A stretch of DNA of 64,000 bases from Candidatus Sulfotelmatobacter sp. (GTDB lineage: Bacteria; Acidobacteriota; Terriglobia; Terriglobales; Acidobacteriaceae): positions 226,874 to 290,873 of the forward strand of contig DASYBM010000002.1 in assembly GCA_036500765.1 (NCBI GenBank), written 5' to 3'. The position numbers were made by a program, and so were the translations under genes. Numbering within the stretch: the stretch's first letter is position 1; the number at the start of each line of letters is the position of its first letter. Shown here one piece after another: positions 57,478-64,000 of this stretch. The notes beneath the pieces are model-generated. The model did no database searches and was not told where the DNA came from. It saw only the letters and a list, made by a program, of their open reading frames with translations.

Positions 57478-57616
57478 TGTGTGGGGCGGACACTCCTGTC
57501 CGCCTGCGTGCAGTGACCGGACTCTTGGAACGCGCGTATTTCATGCGACCGCCGACGCGCGCACCAGGCTTCGATGGACAAGCGTGTCCGCCCCACACAG
57601 TCCGCCCCTCCCACAC
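57478..57616. repeat. REP-like palindromic element cluster between the repeat-protein gene and sucA
   Basis: Perfect 16-bp inverted repeat tgtgtggggcggacac (57478-57493) / gtgtccgccccacaca (57584-57599). There are four copies of the GGCGGAC/GTCCGCC core (57486, 57498, 57586, 57600). A local hairpin ggcggac-actcct-gtccgcc is present. Confidence 0.7.
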
Positions 57617-57684
57617 CATGTTTCTCCGCTTGACGAATCCCCCAACTTACCTCTCGCATCCTTTATCCTAGTAGCTGCATTCTT

Positions 57685-60252
57685 ATGACCCCGAAATCCA
57701 AAGCTTCCAATGGCGGCGCTCGTGCCGCTGTCGTCGAATCTGCCGCTATCGAACCTGCCGTTATGGAATCGGCCGTTCCCGAATCTACGAATGGCTCCAA
57801 TCCCGAGCGCGAACGCGTTTTCAACGCTTACCGCCAATGGGGATATCTCGAGGGCGATCTTGACCCGCTCGGTTTTCTACGTCCGCGGGAGACGCCGGAA
57901 CTCGAGCGCGACGGCGAGTACGCGCGCGAGGCGCAGGCAATTTATTCTTCGACCATCGGCATCGAGATCAATCACCTCTATCGACCGGAGCGGCGGCGCT
58001 GGGTTTATGAGCGCATGGAGTCGCCGTCGCAAGGTTTCGAGGTCACAGAAAAAGATCAGGCGCGCATCCTCGAATTGCTGACTCGGGCCGACGTGTTCGA
58101 GCAGGTCATGCAGCAGCGTTATCTCGGCAGCAAGCGGTTTTCGCTCGAAGGCGTGACCGCGCTCATTCCGCTGGTGGATGAAGTTCTCGATACAGCCGCA
58201 CAGCGCGGAGCGATCGAGTTGGTCATGGGCATGAGCCACCGCGGCCGCCTCAATGTGATTGCGCATGTGGCGCAGCGTCCGGCACAGGAAATTTTCGCGG
58301 GGTTTGAAGATGTCGACCCGCGCAGCGTGCTCGGCTCCGGCGACGTGAAATATCACATGGGAGCGACTGGCGAATACTTGACGCGCAGCGGCGCCAGGGT
58401 TCACATCCATCTGGTTTCAAATCCCAGTCATCTTGAAGCCGTCGATCCCGTCACCGTCGGCCGCACCCGCGCTAAGCAGGACCGCACCGGCGAAGGCGGA
58501 AGCGAAAAATATCTTCCGCTCATCGTGCATGGCGACGCGGCGTTTGCCGGACAAGGCATTCTCGCCGAGACCATGAACTATGCCGACCTTCCCGGCTTCA
58601 CCGTGGGCGGCACCATTCATGTGATCGTCAATAATCTGCTCGGCTTCACGACAAGCTATACCGAGGAGCACTCGACGCGCTTTGCCGCGTGCATCGCTCG
58701 ACGACAGTCGATTCCCATCTTCCACGTTAATGGCGAAGATGTGGACGCCGTGGTGCGCGTCGCGCGCATGGCCACCGAGTATCGCTACAAGTTCGGCACC
58801 GATGTCGTGATCGATCTCATCGGCTATCGCCGCCACGGGCACAGCGAGGTCGACGATCCGACGATCACGCAGCCGCTGCTCTATAAGAAGATCAAAGAGC
58901 ATCCGCCGCTGTGGGAGATTTACGCCGATGATACGGGCGCGACTGGCGCGCCGGAACAGGCGGCGGCCGTTCGAGCCGAATTCGAAGCCGCGCAGAAAGA
59001 CGCGGGCAGCATCAAGCACAAACCCCTGATGCGCGATCTGCCGAAATATTGGAATAACTATTTCGGCGGCGCTTACCGGCCGGAATACGAAGTCGAAACC
59101 GGATTGTCGTCGGAGGCATTATCCGAGCTCACGACTCGTCTCACTACGTATCCCGACGGCTTCCATATTCATCCCAAAGTAAAGAAGCTTCTCGAACAGC
59201 GCGCGGAAATGGGGACGGGGCAGCGCCCCGTCGATTACGGCATGGCCGAAGCGCTTGCTTTCGCGAGTCTGGTAAAGGCAGGAACGCATGTGCGTTTCAG
59301 CGGGCAGGATTCGCGGCGTGGCACTTTTAATCAGCGGCATTCGGTTCTGATCGACATCGAAAACGAAGACGAATACGTTCCACTCGAAAATATCGCGCCC
59401 GGTCAGGCGCGCTGCGAGATTTATAATTCAACGCTCTCCGAAGCCGGAGTGCTCGGCTTCGAATACGGCTACAGCCGCGACTATCCCGAATCGCTTGTGC
59501 TGTGGGAGGCGCAGTTTGGGGACTTCGTCAACGTGGCGCAAGCGATCATCGACCAGTTCATCAGCGCCGGAGAAGCTAAGTGGAATCTACTCTCCGGCGT
59601 GGTAATGCTGCTGCCGCACGGCTACGAAGGCCAGGGACCGGAACATTCGAGCGCCCGCATCGAGCGCTTCATTCAGCTCGCGGCAAAACATAATATTCAA
59701 ATCGCGCAACCGTCGAACGCTGCGCAATATTTCCATTTGCTGCGCCGGCAGGCGCTACGGCACTGGCGCAAGCCGCTGGTCGTCTTCACGCCCAAGAGCA
59801 TGCTGCGCCATGCTGACGCGAGTTCGCCGATTGAAGACTTCACGCACAAGAATTTTCTGAATGTGATTCCCGACACGCAAGTTGGCGAGGCCGACCGCAT
59901 CCTCGTCTGCACGGGAAAAATCGGTCACGAACTTCAGGCCGAGCGCAAGAAGAGAAAAGATACGAGCACTGCGATCATTTTTCTGGAGCAGCTTTACCCG
60001 TTTCCCGACCAGGAATTGGTTGCCGAATTCGATCGCCATGGTAAGCAGGCCGACATCGTCTGGGTGCAGGAAGAGCCCGCCAACATGGGAGCGCTCTTCA
60101 ACATGCTCCCGCGCCTGAAGCGCATCGCCGGTGATCGCCCGGTGCTGAGCGTTAAGCGAAGCTCCGGCGCCAGCCCTGCGACGGGGAGTTCGAAGGCGCA
60201 TGAAGTGGAACAGAAAACGCTGCTGACGCTGGCCTTCACCACGAAGGGTTAG
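57685..60252 (+). CDS. sucA: 2-oxoglutarate dehydrogenase E1 component
   Basis: YRQWGYLEGDLDPLG, GMSHRGRLNV, HGDAAFAGQG, GYRRHGHSEVDDP, AQFGDFVNVAQ and LLPHGYEGQGPEHSSARIERF are classic SucA motifs. Confidence 0.95.
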   Translation: MTPKSKASNGGARAAVVESAAIEPAVMESAVPESTNGSNPERERVFNAYRQWGYLEGDLDPLGFLRPRETPELERDGEYAREAQAIYSSTIGIEINHLYRPERRRWVYERMESPSQGFEVTEKDQARILELLTRADVFEQVMQQRYLGSKRFSLEGVTALIPLVDEVLDTAAQRGAIELVMGMSHRGRLNVIAHVAQRPAQEIFAGFEDVDPRSVLGSGDVKYHMGATGEYLTRSGARVHIHLVSNPSHLEAVDPVTVGRTRAKQDRTGEGGSEKYLPLIVHGDAAFAGQGILAETMNYADLPGFTVGGTIHVIVNNLLGFTTSYTEEHSTRFAACIARRQSIPIFHVNGEDVDAVVRVARMATEYRYKFGTDVVIDLIGYRRHGHSEVDDPTITQPLLYKKIKEHPPLWEIYADDTGATGAPEQAAAVRAEFEAAQKDAGSIKHKPLMRDLPKYWNNYFGGAYRPEYEVETGLSSEALSELTTRLTTYPDGFHIHPKVKKLLEQRAEMGTGQRPVDYGMAEALAFASLVKAGTHVRFSGQDSRRGTFNQRHSVLIDIENEDEYVPLENIAPGQARCEIYNSTLSEAGVLGFEYGYSRDYPESLVLWEAQFGDFVNVAQAIIDQFISAGEAKWNLLSGVVMLLPHGYEGQGPEHSSARIERFIQLAAKHNIQIAQPSNAAQYFHLLRRQALRHWRKPLVVFTPKSMLRHADASSPIEDFTHKNFLNVIPDTQVGEADRILVCTGKIGHELQAERKKRKDTSTAIIFLEQLYPFPDQELVAEFDRHGKQADIVWVQEEPANMGALFNMLPRLKRIAGDRPVLSVKRSSGASPATGSSKAHEVEQKTLLTLAFTTKG

Positions 60253-60278
60253 CGCCATTACTGATGTGGGACAGCGCA

Positions 60279-61052
60279 TTACGGGGCCGGTGGACAACGC
60301 TCATAGTGGATGGAATTGACGATGTCGATCGCTTCTCCGATCATCTTCTTCAGGTTGGGATCTCGATCGTCAGGAAGCCGTTCGGGGTGCCTCGCCTGAA
60401 AAGTTAAGGTGTATAGCTTCTGACCGCACCCCTCCCCCAGCGAATCGAGGAACAGGCCGGCGTCAGCTGTGGCGAAATTTCCTCCAAACCATCTTCGCTT
60501 CATTCCATTTTCATCGCTCCAGGCCTTTAGGTTTTGGTCGAGGCCACAACTCTCCCGCGCCTTGGGATCGGCAGGGTCGACAATCAGGTTGTTAAAGATG
60601 AAGATTCGGCTGGCTGGCTGGGTATGCGACCGCAAGTATGCGCCGCACTCCGCAACATCCTCGACGCCAGGCCATGGAATGTTGAAGGCCTCGTTAAGCC
60701 TTCCGCCTTCGATCCCGCTGGCGTGGCCTGTGCGATAGGCGAGTCCCAAGGTATAGCCGTTTTTCTCCAAGATGAGCTTCCCTTCGGCTTGACTGACGGA
60801 ACTGGCCAAAGAGATCGCCAGCCCGTCTGGATCCTTCAGCGCTGCGTCGGGCACGATACGCCAGCCAGCAGGAATAACGACGTTAATCTCACGATCTTCG
60901 TAAATCTTTGCTGGCGTGGCCTTGTGGCGCGAGCTCTGGGGCCGTTTCGACACCGGGGTCGGTGTCTGCGCCGGCGCCTGGGCAGTGAAGCCGCAGGCCG
61001 CTGCTGTTCCCATCGCTAGAGCTGTAACGAACTTGAGAAGACGAAACGACAT
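60279..61052 (-). CDS. Secreted hypothetical protein
   Basis: MSFRLLKFVTALAMGTAAACGFTAQA signal peptide, with GAGGGGA upstream of the ATG at 61052. No motif recognised. Confidence 0.55.
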   Translation of the reverse strand: MSFRLLKFVTALAMGTAAACGFTAQAPAQTPTPVSKRPQSSRHKATPAKIYEDREINVVIPAGWRIVPDAALKDPDGLAISLASSVSQAEGKLILEKNGYTLGLAYRTGHASGIEGGRLNEAFNIPWPGVEDVAECGAYLRSHTQPASRIFIFNNLIVDPADPKARESCGLDQNLKAWSDENGMKRRWFGGNFATADAGLFLDSLGEGCGQKLYTLTFQARHPERLPDDRDPNLKKMIGEAIDIVNSIHYERCPPAP

Positions 61053-61097
61053 GGAATTTCCCCTCATGAGCTTCTGCAGAGCACATCTTGGGCCAAA

Positions 61098-62180
61098 TCA
61101 GTTCGGAAAGTAAATGTTCGGATTGTTCGGTACTTGGGCAGCATCGATTGCGAAGCAGTGGCGTCCGGCGGAATGAGACCAAGCCTTTGAACGTGGAATG
61201 GATTCGTTCTGCTCGCTGGTTGCTGCAAATGTCGCACACAGCTCGTAGTGGCTTCCTTCTGCGACGCGGTACTCATACGCCACGCGAGTGATGGGATCAG
61301 CGAATACCATATCCGGTAACTCGTCAAGATGCCCAGGGAGCTTTTGATTCGAGTTCCAGATGGTATGGATTTTGTCACTCAGCTGATATAAATCCTGCAC
61401 GCGCTTTGCGTCGGCGCGCAGTAGTCGTTGACTACGTGGTGATCCAATGTACGAAAATCCAAAGATCAGCATAACCACCACCGCCACGCCGCTAACCCCT
61501 GCCATCCACCTGTTCCTGCTCCATTTATCGTGAGGCTCGGATTCTTCCGACCGTTTCAGCCCCCCAAAGTAGTAGAAGAAAACACCGCCGGAGAGCACCA
61601 GCACGACGAAGGCTTTGGCAAGGAATCGAGAGGTGATCTCGCCCCGAAGGAAATAGGTCAACGCGGCGATCAGATCACCGATGATGACGCATGCGGCAAT
61701 AACCAGCGCCATGTACGTCAACCACTTGCGGACGGGTGAGTTCAACTTCTCCGGGTGGATGCCCTCGTCGTGTAAAACTGCCCGGGAGACCAGCAGGTAA
61801 ATCGGAAAGGCCACCAGCACCGAAGCCATCGATCCGGCGGCGCTGTAAATATCGTACCCTTGGTAATAGCCTGCTGAAAATAAGGTGTCCGCCAGCCAAC
61901 GGTCGATCATTGTGAAGGCCAGTACGCCCAAGCCGATCGTCCAAATGGCCAGAGTCGAGAAGATGAGTAAGTGAAAGAAGGCGTCCTTGGCCGCCGTTCC
62001 GGTGCCCAGGCGGTGGGGGATCTCCATTCCTGTTACGCGTTCGTAGTGAGCAGCAAGCGCTTCGTAGACTTCTTTCTCCGGCCAGCCTCGAGCCGTGAGA
62101 ATGCCCACCAGCGACTGCTCTGACGCGCCGCTTGCCTTGGCGCGCTCAATGAATTCGTGGATGCCCGGGCTAGGAGCCAT
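61098..62180 (-). CDS. Multi-pass membrane protein with N-terminal soluble helical domain (DUF5671-like)
   Basis: MAPSPGIHEFIERAKASGASEQSLVGILTARGWPEKEVYEALAAHY, followed by about 6 TM helices and a C-terminal soluble region. Confidence 0.5.
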   Translation of the reverse strand: MAPSPGIHEFIERAKASGASEQSLVGILTARGWPEKEVYEALAAHYERVTGMEIPHRLGTGTAAKDAFFHLLIFSTLAIWTIGLGVLAFTMIDRWLADTLFSAGYYQGYDIYSAAGSMASVLVAFPIYLLVSRAVLHDEGIHPEKLNSPVRKWLTYMALVIAACVIIGDLIAALTYFLRGEITSRFLAKAFVVLVLSGGVFFYYFGGLKRSEESEPHDKWSRNRWMAGVSGVAVVVMLIFGFSYIGSPRSQRLLRADAKRVQDLYQLSDKIHTIWNSNQKLPGHLDELPDMVFADPITRVAYEYRVAEGSHYELCATFAATSEQNESIPRSKAWSHSAGRHCFAIDAAQVPNNPNIYFPN

Positions 62181-62319
62181 AGCCAGGATCGTATCGTAGT
62201 ATCTCGTCCTTTTCGAGTGCCTTGTCGGATGAGCCCGGATTCTAATTCGGGGTGCGCGATATTCGACGTTCATTGCAAGACGTGAGGTTGTGGATGGTTA
62301 CCCTAATTCGCACCCACGT

Positions 62320-62524
62320 CATGCGTCGCCGCTCCCAACTCCTCCGCGTAGCCATCGATGCTGGCGGCACTTTCACAGATTGCGTTTGGATTGACTCGTC
62401 GACCGAAGTCCCATGCGTACGCCAAATAACTATGAAGCTTTTCATGGCCATATATTGCGAACAGATCGGAGGGCCGGAGAGGAGCAGCTGCGTGCCCGTT
62501 CTACGCGCGTTCCGGCCTCATTAA
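62320..62524 (+). pseudogene. Remnant 5' end of a hydantoinase/oxoprolinase (hyuA-like) gene
   Basis: It encodes MRRRSQLLRVAIDAGGTFTDCVWIDSST, and homology then stops. 71 of 84 nt are identical to the start of the intact hyuA-like gene at 63294. The reading frame runs into the 3' end of vapC. Confidence 0.55.
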
Positions 62525-62893
62525 CAGATCCAGATTGGCAGCTGAGGCAAACGTCCGGAAATCCCGGTCCCGCGTAAGCAACGGGATATCTCGGTCGATA
62601 CAGGTCTGGGCGATCAGGGCATCACCCAGCCGGGCCTTGCGATGCTTTCGAAGCGCCTTTGCCCGCAGCATCCCCGCCCGTTGCCAGTAGCCAGCTTCAA
62701 TTTCTATCATGGGTATTTCGGAGAGAGTTTCGGCTACGCCCAAAGGAAGATCAGGGTCGCTCAACAACTCAGTGAGCACGGCAGGGGCCATGACTACCTG
62801 CCGCTCGGCGAGCGCCTTATCGAGCAGATCCACATCTTCGCCTCTGGCACCTTCCAGAAAGGCGATCCAAGTGCTCGTATCAGCCGCAATCAT
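62501..62893 (-). CDS. vapC: PIN-domain toxin, VapC family
   Basis: 130 aa with the acidic quartet in the expected spacing: D5 (IAADTS), E42 (LTELL), D101 (LGDALIA), D119 (TRDRDF). Confidence 0.85.
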   Translation of the reverse strand: MIAADTSTWIAFLEGARGEDVDLLDKALAERQVVMAPAVLTELLSDPDLPLGVAETLSEIPMIEIEAGYWQRAGMLRAKALRKHRKARLGDALIAQTCIDRDIPLLTRDRDFRTFASAANLDLLMRPERA

Positions 62894-62919
62894 TGGTCAT
62901 AAACTCATTGCTCGTAAAT

Positions 62920-63135
62920 TCAGCGGTCGGCTTTCAGTTCACTAAACGTGCGCGAGAAGAGCACTTTCCCTCGCAGTTTTCTCAAATGGGCGTAGGTCCT
63001 CGATGCAGCAACCAGCCGGAGCCCGGTACGGACCGTCTCTGTGATGCCCGCGCCGATGGCTACTTGGGCCTTTTCCAGCAGTTCCCCGGGTACCTCGACG
63101 GTGATCTTGCGCACAGTCTCCATATTGACGCCCAT
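62920..63135 (-). CDS. vapB: VapB-type antitoxin
   Basis: 71-aa protein encoded 26 nt upstream of vapC on the same strand. It has an RHH/DUF2191-like METVRKITVEVPGELLEKA N-terminus. Confidence 0.6.
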   Translation of the reverse strand: MGVNMETVRKITVEVPGELLEKAQVAIGAGITETVRTGLRLVAASRTYAHLRKLRGKVLFSRTFSELKADR

Positions 63136-63293
63136 TCTACCATATTCCGTACCAGCATTGATTATGGCACTGAGGCCCGCCTCGCGGAATCTAAATTCGC
63201 GGCTGTGCCCGGTTCCTCGCGTCCTTTGCGAGAAGAGCCGCCTTTCGCGAGAAGAAGGCTTCGCCGGATGTTACCCTAGTCCTCTCATACCGC

Positions 63294-64000
63294 ATGCCCA
63301 GCCGCTCTCAACCCCTGCGCATTGCCATCGACACTGGCGGCACATTCACCGACTGCGTTTGGATTGACTCGTCGACCCGCAGCCTGCGCCTGCTGAAAGT
63401 TTTTTCTACGCCGGCCGATCCCTCGCAGGCCATTGTCGAAGCACTCCACAAAATCGCACCTGGCGGAGACTTCCTCCTGCTTCATGGGACCACCGTGGGA
63501 ACCAACACGCTGCTCGAACGCAAGGGCGCGCGCACTGCTCTCGTCACCACCGCGGGATTCGAAGATGCCATCGAGATCGGACGCCAGGCCCGCCCCAAGC
63601 TTTACGATTTCTTCTTCGACCGCGTCGAGTCGCTTGTCCCCGCGAATCTGCGCTTCGGCATCGACGAACGCGTTGCCAGCGACGGCGAAATCCTGACATC
63701 TCCCACGGCGGAAGAATTGGGCTCGCTCGTAGAGCGCCTCGCCGACGCGAAGCCAGGGTCGATTGCGATCTCCCTACTCTTCTCATTCGCAAATCCGAAA
63801 AATGAACAGGCGATTGCGAAAGCGCTGAAGCGGCTGTCTGTGCCGCTCTCAGTCTCGCACGAAATCCTCCCTGAGTTTCGCGAGTATGAACGCACGTCCA
63901 CGGTAGTCATCAACGCCTATCTGCAGCCCGTGATGCAGCGCTATCTGCACAACCTCGCGGACCGGCTTCGGGCTCCCGGCTCTCGGCTTTCGGAAACCGA
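63294..64000 (+). CDS. hyuA: Hydantoinase/oxoprolinase A-subunit-like protein, N-terminal part (3' end outside the window)
   Basis: Hand translation gives MPSRSQPLRIAIDTGGTFTDCVWIDSSTRSLRLLKVFSTPADPSQAIVEAL...HGTTVGTNTLLERKGARTALVTTAGFEDAIEIGRQARPKLYD...SLLFSFANPKNEQAIAKAL...SHEILPEFREYERTSTVVINAYL. The frame is open to the window end, so it is missing from the ORF track. Confidence 0.85.
   Translation, partial: MPSRSQPLRIAIDTGGTFTDCVWIDSSTRSLRLLKVFSTPADPSQAIVEALHKIAPGGDFLLLHGTTVGTNTLLERKGARTALVTTAGFEDAIEIGRQARPKLYDFFFDRVESLVPANLRFGIDERVASDGEILTSPTAEELGSLVERLADAKPGSIAISLLFSFANPKNEQAIAKALKRLSVPLSVSHEILPEFREYERTSTVVINAYLQPVMQRYLHNLADRLRAPGSRLSET

Noticed and set aside
1-64000. rRNA, tRNA, tmRNA, riboswitch or transposase/integrase content
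   Set aside because: I scanned the larger intergenic regions by eye: 9460-9748, 19959-20321, 27128-27414, 28180-28430, 36357-36564, 39489-39744, 40777-41197, 45084-45305, 52462-52711 and 54743-54952. No cloverleaf-like or known riboswitch consensus was recognisable. A covariance-model scan (Infernal/Rfam, tRNAscan-SE) would be needed to be sure.

Overview
High-GC chromosomal segment that looks acidobacterial (Terriglobia-like). Supporting content: an acidobacterial-type VWFA protein, a PEGA-domain kinase-like protein, paired CRTAC1/ASPIC proteins and a GloVer-repeat protein. I support about 50 genes, and saw no rRNA, tRNA, CRISPR array or transposase.

Much of the window is glycan metabolism: a GDE-like hydrolase, a GH13 alpha-glucosidase, a GAF-fused alpha-glucan phosphorylase, a FucP-type permease with a LacI regulator, GH39 and clan GH-A hydrolases, and a beta-1,2-glucan module. 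That module comprises a GH144-like enzyme, a Crp regulator, an ABC exporter and a GT84 synthase-like giant protein. Housekeeping genes are hup, hypAB, add, a guanine-deaminase-like gene, speB and sucA. There is also an RND efflux pair and a vapBC module.

The standout is a tightly packed minus-strand operon at 13.5-17.8 kb. It encodes a radical SAM/SPASM enzyme, a PqqD-like RRE protein, an HPr-kinase-like P-loop protein, a PF14907-type nucleotidyltransferase and an S24/S26-type peptidase. I found a 56-aa Cys/Ser/Thr-rich ORF (17610-17780) that is below the ORF-track cutoff and heads this operon. I read it as a candidate precursor peptide of a RiPP-like pathway that fits no class I can name.

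Other points worth a second look:
- a predicted pseudokinase
- a vapBC cassette flanked by a duplicated hyuA 5' end
- REP-like inverted repeats upstream of sucA
- a GATC-rich tandem repeat upstream of the RND operon
- two CRTAC1 paralogues that end back-to-back with zero spacer

All functional calls come from motif reading of the supplied translations. No database search was run.
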